Assembly: GCA_036172245.1 (NCBI GenBank)
Contig: JAYWIR010000013.1
Location: forward strand, 3,782,001 to 3,846,000
Direction of reading: 5' to 3'
From: Raillietiella orientalis
Taxonomy: Eukaryota
Length of the DNA: 64,000 nucleotides
This document shows positions 36,550-48,600 of the stretch, piece after piece (position 1 is the first letter of the stretch; the number at the start of each line of letters is the position of its first letter). The notes beneath the pieces are model-generated. The model was not told the origin of the DNA. It did no database searches and was given only the letters and a program-made list of their open reading frames with translations. Made by a program: the position numbers and the translations under genes.

Positions 36550-37600
36550 CGAGGCCCGCGCAAAATACCGATTTCGGTCCAGAGGAAGTCGGATGTTTGC
36601 GCGCGGCAGTTGGGCCTGGGGAGTTCGATCCTCAGCTTGCAGCGAGGAGTCCCTCTCGGGCGCGCGCTGTACCAGCGCTTTTTTTTTTGTCTGCGACAAC
36701 CCATCTGGACGTTTGGCGTCTCGAGCGTTCCAGGGGTCAGGCGACTCCACGCTCGGACCGCAGGGCGAGATGGTTCGGACCGTTTCACCTCTGATTCGGT
36801 CCACATCCAAAGGTGGTGGCGAGCGTCGGAAACGTGCCGCCGCCTCCTACCGCCATCATTCTCCTCGCTTTTTTCTTTCCTTCCTTCTTTTGCGTTCTGT
36901 CAGCTGCTGACTCGACAACAGCCAGCGAATGTCCCGCAGACACACATCCCTGCGCCTGACGCTTTCCCCATGTCCTCCGCTCCCATTCCTCTGGCTGCGA
37001 AAAACAGGTTTGGAGGGGAGGTGGAGTCCACGCCTTCCGTTCGATCCACAATGGCGACAAACGATCTGCTGCAGCCGCATTCCTCTTTCGCCAGCGCGCT
37101 CTCCGTTCCTCTGCCAGCATCCGGCAGGAAGGAAATTCCTGATGCTCTCCGCCGCAGAAAGAGGACGTCCTCAGCGTTCGATCCACGGATCCCCAGACCA
37201 GGGAAAAAGGCGGGACGCGGCATCTGGGAGGACGGTCGCTGCCTTCCGTGGCAACGTCTTGTGCAAAGAGCGCCACCCCTGAGCTAATGACTTTCCTTCC
37301 CGACGATCTTTTTGAATTCGCGTTAAGCACCTTCCCGAAAGCGGGAGGGATCACGGAAATCTGATGCTGGAGCTCCGACGTTTAGTGCCTGCGCATCTGC
37401 GGGAGCAAAGCCGCTGCAGATGCGCAGCCGAAGCTGCAAGAAGACGCTTTCCGACGGAGACCACCTTGAAATGGAGCCGTGCGCTCCTTAAAACGGGAGG
37501 GTGATGTGTGGACACAGTGATCACGCGGTCCAGACGTAGCGTTCCGGATATTCTGTGCTTTCCCTTCTGTGGCGAACGCCGGTCTGCAAACAAGAGCAGA
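36550..37600 (-). mobile_element. Possible LINE endonuclease fragment
   Basis: 'SSGVALFAQD' (GVAxL) ~37270 with weak downstream endonuclease-like motifs. Confidence 0.35.
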
Positions 37601-38949
37601 GCCGGAATCAATAAAGATAATTAGCTTACGTGATCACCCCATGATAGTTATGATTATGCTAAATAGGTAGAAACGACAGAACGCGGCATCTGCGCTATGA
37701 TGAGGGATGCCAAAGGAAAAAGGAAAAAACCCCTATCCAAAACGCTCTGTTCTTACCGTGCACGGAATGTGTGACCAAAAAGGAAAAAAAAAATCCAAAA
37801 TTTCTGCAAATTGCCGGGGAAGAGGGGATGCGAAACGCAGCTCCGTGGAGGAAAACTGCGCGATCCACCGTGGTCACTGCCACGAATGCACCATGCAGAT
37901 GAGATCCACCCCATGCTCTTCATGAGATTTGTAACCGATGATGAACGCGGGCGATTCCTTGGATCCGAACGCCCGGAGCATGGGGGGGGGGGTCAACCCC
38001 GCAACGCGCGCGCGCGCGTGTGCGTGTGTGTGTGAGCAGAGGGAGGAAGGAAAAAGATCTGCGTAATTAAATTAAATTCCTCGTCCGGGCCGTTTGGGAA
38101 AATTAGCGTCCGATCCGGTTGTTCCAAATTACTCGGCGGCGGAGGATTGACAAAGTTGACGGCAAGCGCCAATTACGCTTGGAAACACAAAGAGAAAGAT
38201 TGCCCAACTCCTGTTTGGGGGAAAGCGGGGGGCGCTTCGGGTTCGCCCAGGCCGGGGGGTTCCTCTCCGCAGGCGTGTTTGGAGCCTTCGCAGTCGGGGC
38301 CCACGGCCCTCCCCAGAGAATAAAAAAAAAAGAGAGAGAGAGAGAGAGGGAGATAAAAAAAAAGAAGAAGCCTGCGAGCCACCGGCCGGCATTCTGATTC
38401 GCATTCACACCATCATCGTAGGGCGTGCTCTGTGGGTATTATACCGTGCGGTTCCTATCTTTTCTTAAGCCTCCTTCCACCAATTTTCGGTCCAAATCGT
38501 ATCATCGGCGCCGGCGACGACTCTTTCGCTGCCGCCGCTGCAGGGGGAGGAGGACAGGCCCGATCTTCGACTGATCTTCCTGATGCGAGTTCCCGATAAC
38601 GTTCGGAGACGGTCGTCTGGTAGCGGCAGCACTCTTCTGTTGGCAGCTGCTGCCCTTGGTATTCTGCCCTCCGCTTGCCACCGTTTGCCATTCTTTCACG
38701 TTGCCAACACAATGGGATGGGTGCTTTCGCGTTGCCAACTTTCATTTTTGTTTCGCCCCCCTTTTTTCTTGCATTTCCGTGTTTTAGAGATGCGACCTAA
38801 ATTAGGGCACGGGCTCGCTTCTCCCAATTATTCGTTTGACAATCACAAATGAAGGTTCCATGTCTGTTTGAGTGGCTTATGCAAAACACCATGACCACAG
38901 CTAATTAGAGATATGCCCTATTTGTTGATATTACAGTTTCAACGTGTCT

Positions 38950-40750
38950 TCCTGTTTCAACAGACCTGGACTTTCCCTTAAGAATCTTCGCTTTCCGCGC
39001 CGGGTCATGATGATTTGCGAAAAGGAACAGCACTTCCCCACTCCGCTTTCACGAATCGGGTCACATGGGCTTGAGGCTATTCTGTCCACGGCAAAGAAGC
39101 GCTGCGTCCTTCGTGGAAAACGCTCACGGAGCTCATTCGTGCGGCCGTTCCAAGAAATCGTTCCGTCTGATTCGTGCGGCGGACGGAGTGCTTTTTTGGA
39201 GCGCTGCGTGGACAGGGAGCGTGGGCATCCACGAGGCTGCCGAGCGAAGATGAGAAAAGGTGGACCGCTCCCTCCGAATCGAAGACACGATGCGGCTTTA
39301 CTCCTGCCCTATCGGCGCTTCGCAAAAAATAGCGCTGGGCCTCTCCATGGTAGAACGTGGAACCTCCCTGGGGATACGGCTGCCGAACTTGCGGGAGCGA
39401 AATTCCAAAATGAAGTTTCATTACAGCCTCCGCATCTCCGAAACTCTTCCTCGCGGGCAGCAAGACAGAGCCAGTTGGCCCGTGGCTTCGTTTGGGAAGA
39501 AAGACCAACCAGCCGCAAAAGGCCCTAGAGTAGGTAGAACATGTGGTCCCACACGAATTCCGGGATCCCTGAGGCGTCATCATTAGACAGGAAACGTAGT
39601 TCATGATTCCTAGGAAATAGGAGATCAGGAGGAAGGGTGATGACTGCGGTGCTGAGACCCAGAGATGCGTGAGAATGCGTGAGCGCCATACGGAAATCGT
39701 TAGGATGCTGTGCATTCCGTGAGTTTTCTGTAGAGGGGTCAGAAATGTCTTCGCGTTCTCAAAGTAAAGGTGACCGCTGGGAGAATGCCATGCAAAGTTA
39801 TTGCAACTTTTTGGAACTTCCTGTATGGGCTTTTTTGAGGGTCAGTTTTAGACAAGAGTGGTTGTTGAACAGGCGATCCAAAATGCTTCTTCTGGAACTG
39901 ACCACTTGACATCCGGCAGATTCAGATTCAGAGGGAATAAGAAATGCCGTCAGGATAGTAAATCAAATTCCCAACTAATGCGGTGGAATGTCTCCTGAAG
40001 GAAGAGGGCCAAAGAGTATCCAAAGGGCCGAAAAGTGAGAGGAGGAGGAACGTCTTGTTTCAAGAATTTGGAACTGACCTGTGATGCCTTCTTCCCAGGT
40101 GCTCCAAGGGTGAGGCCTTTTCATTTTCCTGATGCGGATGCAGCCGAGCAAGGAGAGCCTGCCTTACATCTGTATGGTTTGCAGACTAGATGGAACCACA
40201 AAACAAATACGATGGATACTCGATCAAGAGGCCTGTGAGTTACTTGTATATGCAGGTATACGTGCGTATGTATACGTATGGGGTTCATCTCCAGGACTGC
40301 AACGTTTCAACGCAGAAGGGGCTCATAAGTTCCGCATTCCTTTCCCACGTGTGCGTAGGTTTCACGGAGCAATCCCTAAAGCAAGGAAGCCATTTTTTTC
40401 CTTTGTGTGAAGCGCAGCAACCGCTGATTTGGGATGCTGAGCTGAAAAAGCTCAAAAGCATCCGACGGACCTTTAAGCAGACTCTCTCTCGGTTTGCGCG
40501 CGCAACTTGTTGGTCGAGCCCCGTCTTGCTCGACCCCCGCACCTGTGCTCACGGGTCGCTGAACGAGGCAAGGTGCGGTCAGCGTTGTCCAACCACTTCC
40601 GGATCGAGCCATGGTGCGATGCAGCTGCGCGCCAAGTGGTCCCGGGGGACAGGGTGCACCTTTCAGGAGCAGCGAATTCCTTCGAGGGTCCTCACTCAAG
40701 GACTGCCCGAGAGTTCAGAGAGCACTTCTCCCTGGACCGGCTGCCCCCAG
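38950..40750 (+). mobile_element. LINE RT C-terminal half plus downstream ORF2, degenerate
   Basis: 'KNLRFPRRV' (GFPxxx-like), 'RIGSHG...LRGKRS' (NG...RQGxPLS-like spacing) and 'NSGIP' (YLGIP-like) ~39560. Confidence 0.45.
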
Positions 40751-42499
40751 GCTTAGGAGAAGAAAAAGTCCGTGACGGAAGAGCGTACTTGTGATTTTCC
40801 GTCGCATCGGCCCCCCCGAAACTTTCGTCCCCTGGCGGCGCGTCGAGCTGGGGCCGAGCGCCACGCCCGGCAGTGCGAGTGGGCCAGTTTGCTGGGCGAA
40901 CAGGGCGCAGGTGAGAGCCATAGTGCGCAGGTTCTGTTCCTCCCGTTACGCAAGAGCGCCTCCGGCGCGGGACTTCTAGCAGTCATTGCACCCGGAGGGC
41001 GCGCCGCTCCCTTCTTTCCTCGGGAATCCTTGGGCCGGGCGATGCTGCCCAGCATGTGGAAGCCTCTGACGTTGGACTGGGCGATGCCGTCCAGCATGTC
41101 GAAGGCTCTCGTGCTGGGCTGGGCGATGGCCTTGGGTGCGGCCTTACTGCACAGAAGGCTCCGCGCTGTTTCCGCACGCCGGCGCTTTCTCTCCCTCTCA
41201 ATGGGAACGCGCGACACGGAAATTCCAAAGCCGTTGCTTTGTTCCTCGACGGTGCGCTCTGAAAAGAGGAGACGGGAAAGGCTTCACGCCTGTCGCTGAT
41301 CCCATTTCTATTAGAATTCTCTATTTGGAAAATACGGTAAATTGGATGCAGCTCTCTGGTGTCTCAGTCTGTCTTGAATTCGGGTCTGTTTCAGAAACCC
41401 GTTTTTGTGGGTCTTTGCCTCACTCCGTCGGCGCCTTTGAAGTACTTCCAGAGAATCCAGTGTTCCCCCTCCTCAAAAAAAAAAAAAAAAAATGCCTTCA
41501 GGGTGCTGCACTTGTGGTTTCAAGTTTTACAGAGTTTTTTTTTTTTTTTTTTTTTTTAAGAGTCCCTTAGGCTTTGTCTTTCGAAAGAGGAGACGCACGC
41601 ACCACCGTTGCAGGCCATCTGGAAGGCGGTGATCTGTCGGAAAGTGTCGGGCAGCCTCTTCGCTGCTGCGAGTGCCAGGACGGGGCGGGAATTGCGGGCT
41701 TTCCCGTCGAATTCCCGCCGGGTTTCGAACCCAGCGACGGTGTGGCTGCGGCTTGAAGGCCACGCCCTCAGCGTTCGGATGCGAGCCGAGTCGCCAGAGG
41801 TCATCTGGAGTTTCTTCCAAATCCATCTTTCGGAAACATCCTTTCGTTTTCGTTTAGTGTCTCATTTCCGCATTGCCCGATTAGAGTGACTCAAAAATCA
41901 GATACATTTACGCTGCTCCTAACGAGTGTGAAGGAGTATACATATGTGTGTGTGATTTTGGTTTTTATCCCAAGCAGTAGTTAAGTGTGATGCACATATG
42001 TTAGGGTTCATGTAATAAATCCGGTTCGCACTAATAATCACCGGCTATTATTCATAATCTATCCAAATAAAAAGGTCAGAGGGACTAATAACACGTAATA
42101 ATTACATGTAACGGTAAATATTAATAATTACCAGCGAAGCCTGGCGAATTTCGTAAAAACATGCCCTATTTATCATATGAGCAGGTGCTTGACAAATCCA
42201 AAAAGAAAGAACTTGTGACAAAGTTGTACAGAATCATGACATCCGAATTGTACAAAATTAAGTTCAAATATTAGTTTTCCTAAAGGTAGGAGAGGAAGGC
42301 ATGGTCATGACAAGAATTTTATGCCATGATGTGGTCACAAACGAACTATTTATTTGTGCAGGAAGAGCCTTTGTGGCGTTTGGAATCACAGAGGATTTTT
42401 GGACTTTTTTTTTTTTTTTTTTTTTTTACGCTGGCAGAGATTGGTGCTCTGATCGCCTGTACAATCGCAGTACCGAAATCCCTGACCACCTTAATTAGA

Positions 42500-43360
42500 A
42501 TTCTCGAGAGCGTATCCTCTTAGACTCGTTTCAGCATCTGCAGCTTCATGGACTGATGAAATGAAAGTTTCCTTGCGGACGGTGAATTCCTTCCCTGCAC
42601 GGAGTGGGCTATAGTTTTGTACCGAACTTGTACAAGGTTTCCGCTTCCAGCGGGAGATCACAGCAGCCATGATTTTCCGGCTGCCAGCCCCAGGCCTGTA
42701 CGCATCTGCGATCCTCATCCGGAAAGCACATCTCCCCTGCATCCGCAGTTTCATCTTCCGAAGCCGGAGCGTGTTCTCTCGGCTCGCTTTTCCAGCGGCT
42801 GCTTAGCAGAGTTTGCAGCTTCCTGGACCATTTCAGGGATCTCATCGAGTGCGGAAGATTCTTATCTTCCTTGGTTTTCCCTCGCCACCCTCCCATTCAG
42901 CATCAGCAATGTTTTCCGCTTTGCTACCTTTCTTTTCTCTTCCAGAAGAATGCTGCTCGTCTTCGATTTGGTCCACACTCTTGTTTCTCTTTTTGGCTTG
43001 GGCCTCCGGCAGTTATTGACTGCAAGTCTCCAACCCAATCGCCTATCGCCACTTCCACATCGCCTCTGCCCTCGTGTCGCCATCCTCCCTTCGAGATGAT
43101 TCCCCAAAGTTCGGCGTCGCTGATCATTCGACGGATCTTTTCACATTCTTCTAAAGAGCTTCTTCACTGGTGACTCCTGGCGAAGTGCCCACTGGCAAGC
43201 GCGTTTTTTCCGAACCTACTTTAGCTTTGCGGCCAAACATGGCTCCGTAGGGACTGCTGTCTATTCCGGAGTGACCTGCTCTATTTTGCACGAGTTGGAT
43301 GAATTCTATCCCTTCCGGCCATTTCGCTGAAACTGGACGTGGTATTCTTCTACGCCTCGC
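42500..43360 (-). mobile_element. Degenerate KRBA2/SCAND3-type (Ginger-like) DDE integrase/transposase, C-terminal part
   Basis: 'KWPEGIEFIQLVQNRAGHSGIDSSPYGAMFGRKAKVG...LP...SEEAL' matches the recalled WxxGLxFVQxxKNxxxHSGIxxSPYEAMFG...KVG pattern. Downstream frameshifted 'FPDEDR', 'RKIMAAVI', 'LYKFGT' and 'EFTVRKETFI' match the C-terminal block of this family. Confidence 0.8.
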
Positions 43361-43539
43361 GAGCCTCGAACTTAACCTATTGAGAATGATTACACTTACC
43401 ACTGGTAGTACTGAATTATTAATAATTGCCGTTTCGTGTGATAAATTCGCATGAATTATGCACTCTGACCCTTTTACATGGTTATCATTAATGATAGCCG
43501 GTAATTATTAATATAAACCGATTAATCACTTGAACCGTG

Positions 43540-43645
43540 ACATATATATACACGTGTATGTGCGTATGTATATATATATATATACTTACGTATATATATA
43601 TATATATATACGTAAGTATACATGTGTGTATATCACACGTATGTG
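43540..43645. repeat. (TA)n-rich low-complexity tract containing a perfect 40-bp palindrome (43581-43620)
   Basis: TATACTTACG-(TA)10-CGTAAGTATA. Confidence 0.95.
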
Positions 43646-43749
43646 ATTTCCTAGTGCGCTCTCGTTTCACGTCCTTGTTTTACCCTTTCGTGGTGTGTGC
43701 GTGCATGGTGAGGCAATTGGGCTGTGGACTTCACATTCACCCTTAATTT

Positions 43750-45640
43750 GATCTGCCATTCTCTCTTGATTTCGGTCGCTGGAATCTGAGATGGAGCTCT
43801 GCTCAAGTGGACACGCCAGAGCCGTCGCGTTTCCGTGGTTCCCTCCCCTTCGCCCGTTCCCTGATTCCGAAAATTGAATCATTGATGATGCTCGCGGGCA
43901 AGTTCGGCATCGCTTCCTGAGCGGAATTCGTTCTGCTTCCTCCCGCCACGCTCCATCGCGCTCCCACCCAATTGGCGAGCCCGCCTACTCCCGCTTCGGG
44001 AGAGGAAGCCTTTCCCGTCTCTGCGTGAGGTTCCCCCGGAGGAGGGGTCCAGAAACGAAGCAGCCCGCGTCGGTGGCGCCGTACGCGGCCTCCGCGAGCG
44101 CGGTGCCAAGCGTCGTCGTGGGTTTTCAATCCCTCTCCTTCCCCCGCAGGATGACGCTGGTTGGCTCCGGGTGCCTCCGTTGGCTGCCCGCGACTGGAAG
44201 TCGGCCCTCCGGAATCCGGTTCCCTTCGGGGCTCGCCTCCGGGAGTGAAAAGGGAGCCGAGTACTATGGAACTGGTTTATCCCCCTTCTCAAGGATTGCC
44301 TCTCCAGAGTGGAAGAAGAGAGCTGCAGGTCTTCGGGACAGCGGCCTTCAGGGAAATATGGAAGCGTCCCTCCGGGGTTCTCTTCAGATGAGGAGGAAAC
44401 GAGGAGCGTTTTCCTCGCGGGTTCCCTCCGGGGGGTCCCTCCGGGGAGAATAAGGAAGGAGATGCTCTTCAGGGCTCCCTTCGGAGACAGACAGGACGAT
44501 GGTTTTCTCCCAAGCGCAAGAGGAATGGGTACTCCTCCGGAGACTTCCTGGATTCATAGGATGGTCCCTACAGGGTCCCCCCCCCCAACTGAAGAGTTGC
44601 ACCATCCTTGGGTGGCGTGGACAGTGTGAAAGAGCTTGCAGGCGAACTGTCCTTGCGTTCTTGGGGAACCCCAAAAAAAGAATGCTGGAAGGAAAGCAGA
44701 GAAAACGGAAGAAGAACGCAAGAGGATTTCCACCATCATTCTTGATGTGACCTGCTGCATGCTGCAAAGAAGCAAAGAAGAGATTTCTGGGGGCGTGGAC
44801 AACTCGGGAAGTGAGGGACGCTGCGACCATGATTGTCCCACCCCACGGATTTGCACTCTGAGGAGAGCTGCTCGGCATCCCTCCGGAGGAGGAGGTGAAG
44901 AGGTCCCCAACGTACCGGAACGGCGGCGCCCTCCCCCTCAAGTGGTCGGAGTTGACGTTGCTGATGGTTCATGGGGGGAATCCCGTGCAAAGCGCGCGTT
45001 CGCCATTGGACACGGGGGAGGGTGGACGCTCAGGGTGCGGCAGGTGCGAGAAGAAGGAGACCCTTCCGCACCTGCTGTTGGACCGTACTGCCCCCCGACC
45101 TCTTCAAGATCGCCTCGCGACGACCCTAGGATCTCCGGCGGGAGGCCCCGGGGACATTTGGAAAGGCCTCTTCGCGCTTGGCGCTCTGCCGCTGCCAGCC
45201 GCATCCATCGTAGTCCTCTGCTGCGTCCGCGGTATCGTGGCAGCCTGGAACGCGGGAATAAGAGGCCAGAATGGCAGGGACGCCATCCACTGGGCGCGGA
45301 TCTCCTGAGGACCGCTTCGAGGTGGCCCCACCTGGGCAATATCCGGACACAGCTTGTCAGCGTCCTAAACACGATGCCGGAGACGCCTGGACGCGTATCG
45401 TGATCCCTTCCTTGGTCCTCCTCCTCCCGTGTATAATTTCCCCTCACCTGTTTTGTTTGTTTACTTTTTTGTGTGTTTTGTTCTCTCTCTCCCCCCCTCC
45501 CCCCGCTGCCGAAGCGGACCTCGCCGGTCTGCGTGCCGCTCTTCAGCAGGTTCATCGCACGTGGTACAAGCAACGGTTCTACTACACCAATGTAATTTTA
45601 TTATTTTATATAATAAGTGCTCCGGCATAACCGGGTGATG
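43750..45640 (+). mobile_element. LINE family A-related 3' fragment (~1.9 kb) with complete 3' tail
   Basis: 'SPEWKKRAAGLRD' (P..GGLG.D-like), 'GCGRCEKKETLPHLLLDR' (CxxC...ETxxHLL), 'LRTASRWPHLGNIRTQLVSVLNTM...*', GTGATCCCTTCC, T-rich tract, hairpin 45561-45585, AATAAG and CCGG-CATAA-CCGG. Confidence 0.8.
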
Positions 45641-45649
45641 ATCATCCAT

Positions 45650-48600
45650 TCCTGAGAGACAACGGTTGTCTGCTGCTCCAAAGGATAGGCAAGCCTAAAT
45701 CTCTGATTGACCACGTACCAGCATCCCTCGCTCTATAGGGTTCTCAGTTCCGAGTTTGCTTCCGCCCTCGAAGGCGCACTCCTTGAGAGTTCTCCCGCTT
45801 CCCGGAGACACGTTGTCTGTCCCGGCTTGCGAATCCCGCAATTCCCTTTTTGCGCTCACCAATCACCGCTCGGTGAGTCTGCTTTCCCCCAGAAAAATGG
45901 CAGGGTTCCGGCCACGTGCTTGCTCGCCTCTTATCTTTTCCACGCCTGCGCAGGTCGTTTGGCTGCTCTCAGGGTTCCGGAAACAAGTGGGAAGCTCCCG
46001 GTTCCATCTCCAGGGGAGCGGCCCGGCTCCGACGTGTCTCCACGTCGGAGCCACGATCTTCTCCGTTCAGGGAATTGACCTCAACGGTCGCGACGGAAAA
46101 TGACGTTCTTGCTGATGTCGGAGGGCCTTCGTGGAAGTGGCGGCAAGGAGTCCGAGTCGCGCCTATCCTGCGATGGGGGCGGGAGAGCTTCCTTGCACCT
46201 CGGGGAGCGGAGCGCGGGCGACTCGGGGGAGCAGACCTGCGCGCGCGCTTCGACTCATCTCGAGGGACGCTCTGTAAACATCCTCCGGGCACCGAAGAGG
46301 CCTGCCGCACTAGGAGGGGCCTCGTGTCGTGCGCTCCCGGAAGAAATACGACCGAGCCAGGAGTGAGACCGACGTCATCTACGCAACACCTGACGATGGC
46401 CAGAGCTCGGCGTCCAGCACGTCCATTTTAATTATCCCGCTCGTTTTAATTCGTTTCCCCACTGACAAACGATCCTCCTGTTAATTTTTTTTTTTTTTGC
46501 CGCAGATTGGAAGCAGCAGACTGCCTGCCCCACGAGGTCCTCCGGCCGAGGAAGCGGCCCGGCGATTTATGATGAGCGGTCCAGGAAGAGACTCAGCGAG
46601 CTGCTCCTCCGCGCCGCCGGATCAATAATTGCGGACGGACGGATTTATGGCGAGTTCAGAGCGAGGCGACGGATGGCGACCTCCGAGAGGGTGCTCGGCG
46701 AAGATTGCAAGCTGGCGTGGGCGTTTCGGAGAAAGATGGAAGGGACTCTCCCAGCGCGGCGAGCTTCCTATGTTTCCAGGTCGATGAATCCTCCCGCCCT
46801 CGCTCCCAGAAGGGGGCCCGGGAAGGACAGAAGCAATGGGCCGGCCCGCACGCGCCCGGAGGAACGGAGGGGAGCTTCCGGGCGCGCGGGAAAGAGACCC
46901 TGGGAGTTTCACCTCCGTCTGCTACGTCGGTGCTGGGGCACGGGGGGAGCGCTGGGCTGGCCGGGCAGGAACGTCGCGAGGGGTCCACGGAGACCATTAG
47001 CCGCCTCCGGGGTCGAACCAGTCCGCGCGGGAGGGTGGGTCACCGCCTTCTGATCGACGGAGCCTCCGAGAAGCTGGAAGCATTTCATGGCACGGGCAGC
47101 GTCCCCTCCGCGTGGCCTGTCGTTAGGAGGCTCTGTACCCCGGGTTTTCGATCCATCTAAATGAAGGAGAGTCAGTTCATCTTCTGCGGAAGATCTCCCG
47201 AGCTCGGAGTCTCCGCTGCAACCTGGACGCATTCGGAGATGTCCACGTGCCAGCTCTCCTATGCGAAGGAGGAACGCTGGACGTGTCCGCGTGGGCGTCT
47301 CTTCCCGGAAAACAGCGTTGTCCAGCTTGGACCTACGTCCAACTCACAGTACCCCTTAGAATTCTCCTGCGAAGGGAGTGAGAACTGAACTCTCCAGGTT
47401 GCCTCAGGAGCGTTCAGCAGCTGGAGCTCTGGCGTCTGTTGTCCTGGGCGCCCAGCTCGATCCTCATAGGGAGCCACCCGTCATGACGCCGTGCTGTTCA
47501 TTCCGTGCTCATCTCTTTAGTTGTCAGAACGCGGAGGGGTCCTAATTCGCTCCCTTGAAGATTGGACTGAGATGGACCTTGGTTTCCGCCCCGCGAAATT
47601 CGGAGGAGCAGGAGCGTTTCCGGGACGCGGGGGCGCCGAGGAAGGATTTTCACTGACCCGGGAGGCCCGCTCGGCATCTTCCTTAGTGGAGGCTTCCAGG
47701 CTTCCGGATACGGGACCAGCGAGGTGAAGCAATGGACTCCCCTAAAGGTCCGCTCGACTCTCTGGGAAGGACGAATCGGGTTTCATGGATTTTGCAGAAC
47801 TCCAGGGAAGATGGAGCCGGTTGCTGGAGAGCAGCAGCATATTGAGCGAGCGTTCGTCGGATCCGATGCATCCCTCCCTGACGTCTGACGAGGCGCCAGG
47901 ACAGCTGGGCGCATTCGAAAGCACGGCGGAGGCGTCCCAGAAGGAGCAGGAACGAAATGAGGGAAAATCCGGTAACCAAGCGCTTTCCCTAGCATCTTCG
48001 AGAGCCGAAGCATCCATTCACGCGACCAGCTTAGGACGGTGTCCTGCAACAGCTGGAATTGGCAAGATCCGACGCAGCTCGGCAAGCTGCCCGTCATCCA
48101 GCACGGCACCGCGACATCTACTGGACGGTCCCGCGGGAGCACTCTCCGAACGACCGGGAACAGACCCTCCTGGATGAGTCTCTAGAATAAGACTTTTGAG
48201 CCCGCGCGACGCCGAAGCTATTGTGGGCTGGTCCCAACGGCGAATACACGCCCAAGGGAGGGCAGCACGTTTCGGAGGCGCGTCCGTCCGACCGAGCGCT
48301 CGCCTGGACGACAAACTGTTTTTTCTTCCGGAGCCAGCTGAGAATTTCTGCCTCTGCCACCAGCAACCGGCCTGCTTCCAGCTTACTGGCAATCTGGAAA
48401 GCGGCAAATGCTCGCGAAGCTCCATCCAGATGATGAGATTGAACTCTCCCTGCAGCAGCATGTCTTCCACGACCCATCCCAGGAGCTGAAGAAAGTAGAA
48501 GGAGACAACTCTTTCCTGATATTGGGATTCCCGACCGAGAACGGCGACGTTCGTTACGAATGAAGTCTCACTTCAGCATAAGAGGTGCGTACACTTAGAG

